Source of the DNA: a virus
Lineage: Duplodnaviria; Caudoviricetes
Length of the DNA stretch: 64,000 bases
Direction: 5' to 3' (one strand)
Virus record (IMG/VR): IMGVR_UViG_3300046804_003398
Part shown: positions 17,882-27,507 of the stretch, piece after piece
Numbering within the stretch: position 1 is the first letter of the stretch
Layout: each line of letters opens with the position of its first letter
The notes under the pieces: model-generated
What the model saw: the letters and a program-made list of their open reading frames with translations, nothing else
The model's database searches: none
What the model was told of the DNA's origin: nothing
Translations under genes and position numbers: made by a program

Positions 17882-19970
17882 CACTTTCCAACATCTTTTT
17901 ATTGAGCGTGTTCACAATCTGGTTGATATTTTCAACATTAATAAACACACCGTCCTTGCCATACATGGTTTTGAACATATTAGCAGATTGTGGCGGAACA
18001 GTGTTATTTTCACTAATAAAGTAAGAAATAACCCGATAGTTCATGTTACGAATCTTGTTAACTTGCTTTCTGGTATGAGAAGCAGCATCAGCACCACTAT
18101 ATCCAACGGGTATCTGAACGCTTTCGCCATTGAAAGAAAAACATGGTTCGCCATCAGAAATATTGATGAAGTAGCTGTCCATATCAGCTCCACCTTCAGG
18201 CATTTCTTTCATGATTGCCTCAAAACTCAATCCTTCGGGAGTCAACCCATCTGGATGAATAAAAGCAAACAAATTCTTGAGCTTGACAATCTTATCCTTA
18301 TTGGAATCATATGCCATAACAACATAAGGCATCTTATCCATAGTAGACCTAAAACTAATGGTGACACGAATGTTTTCCAACATACTGGCAGCCTTAGCAA
18401 TTGAAGTGCAAAGAAGCATAGTCTTATTCCACTTGCTTCCTCTCATACTAGCACTAGCATCAACACTGATATGAAAGTTCATCTTCTTGTATTTAGAAGT
18501 AGCAGTGGTGTAAAAGATGTTTTCTGCATCAAAACCCAACTCATGGATAATACGCTTGTCAAGCCGTCCAGTTTCCCTACGAGTAAACTTTTCAATATTT
18601 ACTTCGTTACGAAATTGAAGACGCTTACCAATCTTGGTTCCAAGACTAATACCACGATCAATGATTTTCTGTAACTCAATAACTTGAGGAATAGAAGCCA
18701 CATCTTTATATCCATACCAAGACCTAGCAGGTCCAAGCGGAAACTCTTCAGACGTAGCCAATTCCTTAGTGAGGTTCTTGACCAAAATACATTCAATAGC
18801 GCCAACGTTGTTCTGACTGATAACATATTCGTTACCAACGTCAATCAGATCAATTTGACTACGTTCCAATATATTAAGAACCTGATTCTCCTTCTTGGAA
18901 ACCTTCTTCTTCTTGAGATTACCAGAAACAAATTCCTTCTGCTTTTCAAAAGCCCTTGCAATCTTGCTCTTCTTGGTTTGAGACACACTATCATCCTCGC
19001 CAACGTTAGTATCGGCAGTAGGTGCATCCGTTGCCTCTACAGAGGTAGTATCGCCACCAAGAGCATCTTCTTCATCTTTAGGATTAACCTTGTCAGACTT
19101 TTCACCAGATTCAGCCTTGGTTTCTTGACCCTTGGAATCCTCCTTTTGTTCGTCGCCACCAGAAGCATTGACATCCATCTTGGGTTGAGGAACCATCTTA
19201 GCTTCGTTGATGTTCTTGAATATAATTGTAGCAACTTCAAATGCACACTCAAGACGAGACATACCAGTGTCCAATCGACTGATGTTTGTCAAATCGATAG
19301 TCTTGGCAATTTCATACAGACCAGGCAAAGCATCCAGATCAGTATACTTATTGGTGATATTGATGATACGATATATGTATGACTCGGTGTTAAGCGACCT
19401 GTATAGGTTGCTCTTGAGTCCATCATCAATGATACTGGTGTTGAAATACTTGTCGTAAAGCGCCTCATAGTAACCTCGGTAACCAGGCGCATTCTTGTAT
19501 ACAGTGTAGTCAATGTATCGGTCTTCGATAATATTGAACAAAGTCTTACAGACGTTTGCCACTTCCTCCTTGGAAATGTTCAGGTTAATGGCACAATCAT
19601 AGATTTCTCTAGGAACCTTCTGCCACAAAGTCTTATACAAATCAAAATCAGAATAACAGATGTGGCTGCCTTCATGCAGCGCCAATCCGACAGCCACATC
19701 AAAGTTATTCTTTTCATTAACATCAGCACCAATATACACGGTCTTACCGTCAGTCATACTAACGTTTTGATCGTTAAACATGACGGGAATGTTTTTACTG
19801 GTGAGAATTGATACGTAGTTAGAAATAGCCCTACGTGCGGCCGACAACCTAATTAGGTGAGCAGTTGTTTCAGTCTGGGCACTAGAAAGATCAAGATCAT
19901 CGGATTCGTCTGTAAAATCCCAATCCATGTCATAATCCTTCATCCAGAAGTCGCTGTGTTGCTTTCCCAT
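17871..19970 (-). CDS. VWA-domain protein with N-terminal HExxH metallopeptidase-like region (MoxR partner)
   Basis: GLALHEGSH, NIIEDRYID, acidic linker, C-terminal ISVDASASM (MIDAS DxSxS), TPEG, ISDGEP. Confidence 0.85.
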   Translation of the reverse strand: MGKQHSDFWMKDYDMDWDFTDESDDLDLSSAQTETTAHLIRLSAARRAISNYVSILTSKNIPVMFNDQNVSMTDGKTVYIGADVNEKNNFDVAVGLALHEGSHICYSDFDLYKTLWQKVPREIYDCAINLNISKEEVANVCKTLFNIIEDRYIDYTVYKNAPGYRGYYEALYDKYFNTSIIDDGLKSNLYRSLNTESYIYRIINITNKYTDLDALPGLYEIAKTIDLTNISRLDTGMSRLECAFEVATIIFKNINEAKMVPQPKMDVNASGGDEQKEDSKGQETKAESGEKSDKVNPKDEEDALGGDTTSVEATDAPTADTNVGEDDSVSQTKKSKIARAFEKQKEFVSGNLKKKKVSKKENQVLNILERSQIDLIDVGNEYVISQNNVGAIECILVKNLTKELATSEEFPLGPARSWYGYKDVASIPQVIELQKIIDRGISLGTKIGKRLQFRNEVNIEKFTRRETGRLDKRIIHELGFDAENIFYTTATSKYKKMNFHISVDASASMRGSKWNKTMLLCTSIAKAASMLENIRVTISFRSTMDKMPYVVMAYDSNKDKIVKLKNLFAFIHPDGLTPEGLSFEAIMKEMPEGGADMDSYFINISDGEPCFSFNGESVQIPVGYSGADAASHTRKQVNKIRNMNYRVISYFISENNTVPPQSANMFKTMYGKDGVFINVENINQIVNTLNKKMLESVDV

Positions 19971-20001
19971 AAATTAAGTCGGTTAATTGTTGTTTATACT
20001 A

Positions 20002-20982
20002 TTAGAACGGAACCTGATTGTTTTCCTTGATAGGATCGTTGAACAGATTGGTCTTGGATTCAGTCTTGATATACTTTTGAACAAGCTGTTTCACATAGGT
20101 CCGTTCACTGTCAACGCCACCATCGTCACTGAAATTAGGATAAATGGTAGTCTCGGCAATTTCAAGCAAATTAAATCCGTCAACAATAAGTTCAGCAATC
20201 TCGACGGTTGAACGAGTAGGAAGAAAATTGGTAATCTTGCTATCTTCCAACTTGACTTGCTTACGGGTATGATCCGCAATGTCACACACAGCATTAAGCA
20301 TATCAAGCTTATCTACATCGGTGATATCAAAACGGGACTTCAACAGTTGAAACTCACTGGCACGATCCAGAGGAGTCATTTCGATCTTGACTGGGAATCG
20401 TGAAAGCAAAGCACGGTCCATAACACGGGTAGCGGTGTATTCATTACCAACATTTGCAGTAGCAATAAATGTGACCCCATCCGCAACCTTCACGATTTCA
20501 CTATCTTCCTTCTCATCAAGACGAAGATAACGTTGAAGGTCATCAAGAACGGTCATAAGAATATTAACACCATCGTGATGAGAACGAGAAATTTCATCAA
20601 GAAGAATGATGGCGTTGGGAGTGCGAATAGCCTTAACAAAGCTGGACTCCTTGAAGAAGGTTCCACTAGACTTGTCGAAGTGCGTATTTCCAATAAGAGA
20701 TGCACGGGCATCTTGAGTAGCTCCAAGATTGAAGTAGAAAAACTTGTTTTCCTTACCAACAACCTTGGCAACAGTTTGAGCAGCAAGAGTCTTGCCGCAA
20801 CCAGTGGGTCCAAGAAGAAGAATGTTCTTGCCACGAATTGTGGACCGAACCATATACTTCCACTTGACATCATCCATAATCAGAGAAGATGGACGCAAAT
20901 CCTTGCACGTATCAAGGAACTTCTTAATATCAAAATTCGCCGTCACGGTCAAATTCATTTCATTGCCTTTTTTGTTTTTCAT
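20002..20982 (-). CDS. MoxR/CbbQ-type AAA+ ATPase
   Basis: LLLGPTGCGKT Walker A, ILLDEISR Walker B, FIATAN, MDRALLSRF. Start moved to 20982 because the track start overlaps the promoter. Confidence 0.9.
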   Translation of the reverse strand: MKNKKGNEMNLTVTANFDIKKFLDTCKDLRPSSLIMDDVKWKYMVRSTIRGKNILLLGPTGCGKTLAAQTVAKVVGKENKFFYFNLGATQDARASLIGNTHFDKSSGTFFKESSFVKAIRTPNAIILLDEISRSHHDGVNILMTVLDDLQRYLRLDEKEDSEIVKVADGVTFIATANVGNEYTATRVMDRALLSRFPVKIEMTPLDRASEFQLLKSRFDITDVDKLDMLNAVCDIADHTRKQVKLEDSKITNFLPTRSTVEIAELIVDGFNLLEIAETTIYPNFSDDGGVDSERTYVKQLVQKYIKTESKTNLFNDPIKENNQVPF

Positions 20983-21002
20983 AGGTGATCTCAACACCAC
21001 CT

Positions 21003-21030
21003 ATCCTACCACACAGTTTTTGTATGTCAA
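21003..21030 (-). promoter_or_regulatory. Sigma70-like promoter of the MoxR-VWA operon
   Basis: Minus strand TTGACA, 16 nt, TGG-TAGGAT. Confidence 0.65.
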
Positions 21031-21039
21031 CACCCAAAT

Positions 21040-21067
21040 AAAAAAACCGCTGATTTTGTCAGCGGTT
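21040..21067 (-). terminator. Intrinsic terminator
   Basis: Stem AACCGCTGA/TCAGCGGTT with an A-run on its left, i.e. a U-tract on the minus strand. Confidence 0.8.
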
Positions 21068-21089
21068 CGTTTTGTTATTTTTAATCAAA

Positions 21090-21437
21090 TTAACGGTGCC
21101 AGTGATGATGGTGATGATATCTGTAAACCGGCGTTGGACAGCCTGGATACACTACCACACTAGGTGACGCATAATAAACAACTGGAGCAGGCTGCACATA
21201 AACAACAGGTGCTGGTTGAACTACTACCGGCTGTTGGACTACCACGGGTTGTTGAACTACTACCGGCTGTTGAACGTAAACCACTTGAGGAGCAGGATTT
21301 ACAATCTTATCAATAACATGAACAACAGCTACACCTGTCAAAACCTTACCAACTGTTGCCCATTCTCGATCTCCCGCCTTGACCGTCTGTGATGCTAATA
21401 CCGAAGCAAGAGCAACACCCATTACCATTTTAATCAT
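21090..21437 (-). CDS. Small secreted Val/Pro/Gln-repeat protein
   Basis: Signal peptide, GDREWATVGKVLTGVAV, repeated VVVQQP units, and a His-rich C-terminus. Confidence 0.75.
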   Translation of the reverse strand: MIKMVMGVALASVLASQTVKAGDREWATVGKVLTGVAVVHVIDKIVNPAPQVVYVQQPVVVQQPVVVQQPVVVQPAPVVYVQPAPVVYYASPSVVVYPGCPTPVYRYHHHHHWHR

Positions 21438-21498
21438 ATATGTCCTTTTAGTTATAATTTAGACCAACGCAGATTGGACGAAGACGGATTTATGTTAT

Positions 21499-21864
21499 TC
21501 AAGCATGTGGAGGGGTTGGTCCACCACCGCCACCACCCAAGAACTTTGTAAAAACATATGAAAAAAATGCGCCACCAAGAGCAGAAGCGGTAGTTACCAT
21601 ACCCGCAAGATAATATCTAAAATACTCCAATGCAACCACTTTATTGTTAACTTCTGTAATGTTCTTTGTCAACGTAGCATTGAAGGTGTCAATTTTATTA
21701 TCAATCTTTGTTTCTACTTCATTTATTTTTTTATGCAGCGCACTGTTGTTTTCTTTTTCAGTGTTCTGCATCGTTGTCAACGTTGAATTCATCGCCTGTA
21801 ATTGGGTATTGATTGACGACAATACCGCATCGTAACTATTTGGATTGAATTCTCCGTCTGCCAT
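21499..21864 (-). CDS. Coiled-coil protein with C-terminal transmembrane helix (holin/XhlA-like architecture)
   Basis: Heptad-rich N-terminal part, then YYLAGMVTTASALGGAFFSYVF. Confidence 0.45.
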   Translation of the reverse strand: MADGEFNPNSYDAVLSSINTQLQAMNSTLTTMQNTEKENNSALHKKINEVETKIDNKIDTFNATLTKNITEVNNKVVALEYFRYYLAGMVTTASALGGAFFSYVFTKFLGGGGGGPTPPHA

Positions 21865-21875
21865 AACAATGTATT

Positions 21876-22517
21876 TTACTTTTTACGAGCCTTACCGCCC
21901 TTGGTGTATTTGACTACCAACTTTTGTAGATTCTTTGGTAGCTTTGGAGGTTCATAAGATGGATTCTTAGACTTATGATCTACCTGCTTTTCAGTCTTTC
22001 CAACAGGACGCATAGGTTCAGTTGGATCATCTTTTGGTTCATTCATGGCCTTCGCCTTGATAGACTTTACTACCTTGTTGTCTTTTTCTGGATCAACCAA
22101 GTTTTGTTCTTCTGATGCCTTGTCTGCTTTCTTACCACCTTCTTTATCCTTGCTGTTTTCTACATTCTTTTCATAAGCATTATCAACATAGTTTAGTTCT
22201 TTTGAATTCAACCACTCTTTGACATACTTCTTGACATCCTCAAATGGAATATACAAAATCTTTTGACGTTCTACACCGTCTTTAAAGTATTGTAAATCAA
22301 AGATATCATGAACTATAGGACGAATGTTAATGTGATGAGGCTCACATTCGCATACGTTGTAGTTTCCAGCATCGTCAAGAGTAATAGGCTTCTTGATTTC
22401 TTTAGATAAAGATTCCATCATTTCAGCCCAGGTCTTATTGACCTCAGTCGTCTTTTCCTCAATGACCTCTCTTACTATCTTTTTTACAGCATTTTTCAGT
22501 TGATCTCTATAGTTCAT
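21876..22517 (-). CDS. Hypothetical charged protein, probably late/virion
   Basis: 213-aa ORF starting LKNAVKKIVREVIEE, with the TATTTAT motif upstream. Confidence 0.7.
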   Translation of the reverse strand: MNYRDQLKNAVKKIVREVIEEKTTEVNKTWAEMMESLSKEIKKPITLDDAGNYNVCECEPHHINIRPIVHDIFDLQYFKDGVERQKILYIPFEDVKKYVKEWLNSKELNYVDNAYEKNVENSKDKEGGKKADKASEEQNLVDPEKDNKVVKSIKAKAMNEPKDDPTEPMRPVGKTEKQVDHKSKNPSYEPPKLPKNLQKLVVKYTKGGKARKK

Positions 22518-22569
22518 ATGGTAAGTCTATCATATAAATATACGTCACTCATTAAAAGTGACATATTAT

Positions 22570-23631
22570 TTATAACTTAAATCCGTCGAAAGCATTCTCT
22601 GTAATTGTGTTATCCACACCCTTTACATAGCTACTCAACTCGGTTTCTTGAGGAGCCACTTGAAGCTTCTTACTGTCATAGTAACTGTCCAACCAACCAG
22701 CCAACGGATTGGTCTTGGCATTAGGATACAACTTCTTATATCCAATGCTTTGTAGACGGTTATTAGCCAACCACTCAACGTAGGTGTTCAAACTGTCATT
22801 GGTCAATCCAACAAGGTTACCCTTACTGAATAGATAATTAGCCCAGTCCTTTTCAGCCTCTACAGCAATTTTGTATGCTTCGTATACCTTGTCTTCGGAC
22901 TTCTTAACAATATCTTGGAATCCTTCTTCCTTGTTTTCACTCAAATAACGAAGAATATTTTGGGTAATAGCAACGTGTAGATTTTCGTCACGACTGATGA
23001 ACTTAATAATCTTAGCATTACCTTCCATCTTTCCACGATATCCAAAGTAGAAACTACAAGCAAACGACACATAGAAAACAAGACCCTCGGTGATCTGTGT
23101 AGCCAAAATAGCATCAAAGATCTGTTGTCGAATGTCATCCTTGTCGGTTGCCAAAAGAGCATCATACTTCTCACTAATAGCCTTGGCTCTCTTTACAATC
23201 TCGGTGTCTTCAAGAATACTATCAAAGAACTTGGTAGCATCTGGATACACGTTGTTGAGAATGTATGTATATGAATTACTATGAATAGTCTCAAAGAAAC
23301 TCCAAGTGTTCATACAAATCTCCAACTCGGGATTTGTGACATGTTTCATCATTTGGTGAATACTACGACTCAACATACTATCGGTCATAGTTTGAAACTT
23401 GAGGTTACTATCGAATACAAATCGTTCTTCATCAGAAAGATTCTTGTAGTCACTAATATCCTTCACCAACGAAACCTCCTGCGGTCTCCAGAAGAAATTC
23501 AGTTGTTGATCATATAGATCGTAAAACTTCGGATACTTTTGTTTGTCATATCGTTGAAGTGACAAGTCCTCTCCCAAGAACAATGGATTCTTCGTTGCGT
23601 CAATATTAGTTTTATTCAATACAGTCTTCAT
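22570..23631 (-). CDS. nrdB: Class Ia ribonucleotide reductase beta subunit
   Basis: FWRPQEV, QTMTDS, ETIHSNSY (radical Tyr), EGLVFYVSF, RDENLH, APQETE. Confidence 0.97.
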   Translation of the reverse strand: MKTVLNKTNIDATKNPLFLGEDLSLQRYDKQKYPKFYDLYDQQLNFFWRPQEVSLVKDISDYKNLSDEERFVFDSNLKFQTMTDSMLSRSIHQMMKHVTNPELEICMNTWSFFETIHSNSYTYILNNVYPDATKFFDSILEDTEIVKRAKAISEKYDALLATDKDDIRQQIFDAILATQITEGLVFYVSFACSFYFGYRGKMEGNAKIIKFISRDENLHVAITQNILRYLSENKEEGFQDIVKKSEDKVYEAYKIAVEAEKDWANYLFSKGNLVGLTNDSLNTYVEWLANNRLQSIGYKKLYPNAKTNPLAGWLDSYYDSKKLQVAPQETELSSYVKGVDNTITENAFDGFKL

Positions 23632-23643
23632 ATTCTCCTTTCA

Positions 23644-25941
23644 TTATAGGGCACATGCACCGCTTTCACAACCAGATTGTTGTTCAATCTTGGGTTCAGG
23701 CTTTACTGCCTCTGTCTTTTTATGTTCCATAGCGGTTTGTTTATCACCATCATCGGTATTAGCGTAATACAAATTCTTGATACCATACTTGTAAGCCATC
23801 AACATATCCTTAATAACTTCTTGAACTGGAACCTTGTTACTAGGATACCTTGAAGGAACATAATAGGTATTTGTGCTGATACTCATATCTGTGAACTTCT
23901 GAATAGCAGCAGCCACTCTGAGATATCCGTCATTGTCAGGCATGTCAAAAGCAAACGTATAATGTTCCTTATACTTGTCAATGCCTGGAACCACCACTGG
24001 CAAAATGTTACTCTTGCTTCCCTTGAAACTGATCAAACTACGAGGAGGTTCAATGCCGTTGGTGGAACTCTGAATCACACTGCTTGACTCCACAGGCATA
24101 CAGGCAGTAAGAGTAGAATGTCTCATACCATGTTTCTTGATTTCCTCACGCAGAGCTTCCCAATCCATATGTAGAGGTTCAGTGATGAATTCATCAACGT
24201 CTCTCTTATAAGTATCAATTGGCAACACTCCTTGACTAAACTTGGTCTTATCAAACTTCTCACACTTACCAAGTTCCTTAGCCATCTCAACAGATGCTTG
24301 AATCAAATAGTAACTCTGTTTCTCCATCCACTTGGCAACAAAGTTTGGAGCATTCTTGTCCCAATACTTCAATCCTTCTTTTGCCAACAAAGCAGCCAAG
24401 TTACTTACACCTACACCAAGACTACGGCGTCTCTTGGCAAAGTTCTCAGCAGCCGGAACGAAATAGTTTTGGTGTTCAATCAAAGAATCCAACATTCTAA
24501 CGATCACTTCACACACACTCTTCATTTCTTCGTCATCCTTGATCTCCAACCAGTTTACGGCAGCAAGAATACAAACGCCAATTTCACCGTTCTTGTCATT
24601 AACATCCTCAATAGGAATCAAAGGATGATTGACTTCAAGACACAAGTTACTGGTGTCAACCTGTTCCAACCAACTGCCGTGGTCGTTAGCATGGTCAACA
24701 AACATAGTATAAATACGACCAGTCTCCAAACGTTCCTTGGCAAGAAGACCCATCAATTCACGAGCAGAAACCTTCTTCTTGAACTTAATGTTCTTGTTGG
24801 CTTCAGCCTTTTCATACTTTTCCTTGAAGTCAGCAAAACCAAAACTGTTCCACAAACTAGGACACTCATGATAACTGAACAATGTAACTTCTTTGTTTTG
24901 GAGGAAACGTTCAAAGATTAACTTATCCAATCCTACACAATAGTCCAACTTACGAACTCGGTTATCGTCAGTTCCGGCATTGTTCTTCAACACCAGAATA
25001 TCCATGATGTCATAGTGGAACCAAGCAAAGTTAACAGTTGCACTTCCACCACGAATACCGTTCTGGTGACAACACTTCACAGTAGACTCAAATGCCTTGG
25101 CAAAAGGAATTGGTCCAGTATGAATAACTTCACCATTACGAATTGGTGCATTGGTGGCACGCAAACGAGAAAGGTTCAATCCAATACCATAACGACTTGC
25201 AGTAGCAAAACCAACTGCACTGTTGTTGCTGAAGATACTCTTGAGAGTGTCATCAACGGTAAATAGAGAACATGAAGCATAACTCTTCATTGGAGTTCTC
25301 ACACCAGCCATGATTGGGGTTGGAAGATTGATCTTGTGTTTGCTGAAATAGTTGTATGCCTTCTTTACATACTCAAGACGACCTTCCTTATAGTCCTTGA
25401 AGAATGTCATGGCAATCAACATATATGCGAACTGTGGAGTCTCATAGATCTTCTTGGTTGATCTATTTTGCACCAAGTATTTGTCACACAACTGCTTGAT
25501 ACCGGCATAAGTGAAATTGAAATCACGATCATGCTTCAGATATTCGTCAAGCTTGTCGAACTCTTGTTTGGTATACCAGTTGAGAATTTCTTCATCATAT
25601 ACCAAGTTGGTTATGTTTTCCTTTGTGAGGTCATACAACTTGGGTGGATTCTTGCCTCCCCACACTTCTTTACGAAGATGGTAATTCAACAATCGTGAAG
25701 CAACATATTGATAATTAGGCTTTTCTTCACTAATCAAATTTGCAGCTGCTTCAATCAACATAGAATGAACGTCCTTGGTTGTCATTCCATCAAAGAAGGA
25801 CAAGTGTGCGTTCATTGCTACTTCCTCGAAACCAACACCTTTGATGTCAACGGTAGCCCATTGCAAAACCTTATTGATTTTGTCTGCGTTGAATTTTTCT
25901 ACCTTACCGTTACGTTTTTTAATAAAAATCTCTTTGTTCAT
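23644..25941 (-). CDS. nrdA: Class Ia ribonucleotide reductase alpha subunit with ATP cone
   Basis: IKKRNGKVEKFNADKI ATP cone, YASCSLF, TSNLCLE, MPVESSS, C-terminal CESGACAL. Confidence 0.97.
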   Translation of the reverse strand: MNKEIFIKKRNGKVEKFNADKINKVLQWATVDIKGVGFEEVAMNAHLSFFDGMTTKDVHSMLIEAAANLISEEKPNYQYVASRLLNYHLRKEVWGGKNPPKLYDLTKENITNLVYDEEILNWYTKQEFDKLDEYLKHDRDFNFTYAGIKQLCDKYLVQNRSTKKIYETPQFAYMLIAMTFFKDYKEGRLEYVKKAYNYFSKHKINLPTPIMAGVRTPMKSYASCSLFTVDDTLKSIFSNNSAVGFATASRYGIGLNLSRLRATNAPIRNGEVIHTGPIPFAKAFESTVKCCHQNGIRGGSATVNFAWFHYDIMDILVLKNNAGTDDNRVRKLDYCVGLDKLIFERFLQNKEVTLFSYHECPSLWNSFGFADFKEKYEKAEANKNIKFKKKVSARELMGLLAKERLETGRIYTMFVDHANDHGSWLEQVDTSNLCLEVNHPLIPIEDVNDKNGEIGVCILAAVNWLEIKDDEEMKSVCEVIVRMLDSLIEHQNYFVPAAENFAKRRRSLGVGVSNLAALLAKEGLKYWDKNAPNFVAKWMEKQSYYLIQASVEMAKELGKCEKFDKTKFSQGVLPIDTYKRDVDEFITEPLHMDWEALREEIKKHGMRHSTLTACMPVESSSVIQSSTNGIEPPRSLISFKGSKSNILPVVVPGIDKYKEHYTFAFDMPDNDGYLRVAAAIQKFTDMSISTNTYYVPSRYPSNKVPVQEVIKDMLMAYKYGIKNLYYANTDDGDKQTAMEHKKTEAVKPEPKIEQQSGCESGACAL

Positions 25942-25975
25942 AAATCTGTTACAATGGTGATAAATAATTATGTGT

Positions 25976-26046
25976 CAAAAATGCCGTTGTAAACTATCTG
26001 ACAGAACTTTTTGAAACTTTTTTTGTCAGGTTTTTTACAACGGCAT
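25976..26046 (-). terminator. Long stem-loop/terminator between helicase and nrdA
   Basis: Perfect 13-bp inverted repeat ATGCCGTTGTAAA (25981-25993) / TTTACAACGGCAT (26034-26046), an inner CTGACA/TGTCAG pair, and a following U-run on the minus strand. Confidence 0.6.
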
Positions 26047-26054
26047 ACTATGAA

Positions 26055-27440
26055 TTATTCTTCGTCGTCTGTGCTACTATGGGCATTCCACTTATTCTTC
26101 AGAATTTTCTTGACTTGGTTTTCACCATCCATCATCTCATTTTGAAGTGCCATACCTTCTCTTGAAGATTCACTGAATATTTCAATCTGACCACATCCGG
26201 CATTCATCTTACTTGGGAATGTCAAACCATCTGGTCCGAAACGATTCTTGATGATATGGAATCGTGCAGTGTTGTTAACTTTATCGGTAACTTTACGACT
26301 GAGTGACATAACAAAGTCGGCAGTCATGATCTTACGATAACTGTCTGCGATGTTGTTAGCCTGAATGATATCTTCATCCATTGCGGCACGATTACTTTGT
26401 GAAGCACTCCAAATAGGAACTTGTAGTTCACCCGCAATACTTCTCAATTCTTCGTAAATACCACCAGCTTCTTGATAACTGTTACTATTACGATCACTGT
26501 GAATTGGTCGAAGAATATCAGCATAATCGACAATAATCATATCAATCTTGGTTCCCAGAGTATGAATACGTTCACAATGTGACTTCAAACTATGAGCTGA
26601 TACTGTCTTGATCGGGAAATACTTGATCTTCAACTTGCCAGGCACTTCGTTGATCTTCTGTTTGACTACCTCGACATTGTTACGAATATTCTGGAAGTCA
26701 ATACCAGTGAAACAACTATCATAACGAAGACCAACATAGTTCTCATTCAACTCCAACGTGAAGTGAAGAACGTTCTTTCCTTGCTTCATTGCCTCGGCAC
26801 CAAGCTTGCTCAAGACCCAAGACTTACCAGATCCGGCACAAGCCGTAATAATACCAAGTTCGCCAGGTCCAAGACCACCGTCCATCAAACCATCAATTAC
26901 TTCCCAATTGGTTTTGATTGAATTACGAGCCATCACAGTCATACGCTTCTCAACGTCTTCTTCATACGAATGACCGAGATTACGTTCCATGCCTGCCTTA
27001 AGAGCTTCATCAACCTTGCTCTTGATCTTTTCATACTCACCAGTTGCCAACAAATCTGCGGCATCCATGATGGCATTCTTCAACTTCTGATTCTTACAGA
27101 ATTCAAGAAACTGTTCCTTGATGAACTTCAAATCACCATCGTTCATCTTTTGATACACCAACTTTAGACTGTTAACGATACTCGCCTTGAGTGCCTCATT
27201 GGTAATAGTTTCAAGTCTGACCTTGAAGACGTTGAGTGAAGGAAGATCACGATATTCATGAAAGTAACTGATACTTTCCTTGACGATCCATCTATGTGCC
27301 TCATTCTCAAAGAAGTCTGCTTCTACGATGTCTGCCAATCGTTCAATGAATGGACGATCAGATACCAGTCCTGCGATGCATTTAACTTGGAATTCATTTC
27401 CAAACTTTTTTAGGTTGTCGATAATTACTTTGTCGCTCAT
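26055..27440 (-). CDS. gp41: DnaB-family replicative helicase (T4 gp41-like)
   Basis: GELGIITACAGSGKS, HFTLEL, IIVDYAD, WSASQSNR, IADSYRK, IIKNRFG. Confidence 0.92.
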   Translation of the reverse strand: MSDKVIIDNLKKFGNEFQVKCIAGLVSDRPFIERLADIVEADFFENEAHRWIVKESISYFHEYRDLPSLNVFKVRLETITNEALKASIVNSLKLVYQKMNDGDLKFIKEQFLEFCKNQKLKNAIMDAADLLATGEYEKIKSKVDEALKAGMERNLGHSYEEDVEKRMTVMARNSIKTNWEVIDGLMDGGLGPGELGIITACAGSGKSWVLSKLGAEAMKQGKNVLHFTLELNENYVGLRYDSCFTGIDFQNIRNNVEVVKQKINEVPGKLKIKYFPIKTVSAHSLKSHCERIHTLGTKIDMIIVDYADILRPIHSDRNSNSYQEAGGIYEELRSIAGELQVPIWSASQSNRAAMDEDIIQANNIADSYRKIMTADFVMSLSRKVTDKVNNTARFHIIKNRFGPDGLTFPSKMNAGCGQIEIFSESSREGMALQNEMMDGENQVKKILKNKWNAHSSTDDEE

Positions 27441-27464
27441 GTGTTACTTTCTATTTGATAATAC

Positions 27465-27494
27465 GATGCTACACTACATGCGTAGCATCTTCAA
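27465..27494 (-). promoter_or_regulatory. Sigma70-like promoter overlapped by an 8-bp inverted repeat
   Basis: Minus strand TTGAAG, 17 nt, TAGCAT; GATGCTAC (27465-27472) / GTAGCATC (27482-27489). Confidence 0.5.
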
Positions 27495-27507
27495 CTTTTT
27501 ATACTGG

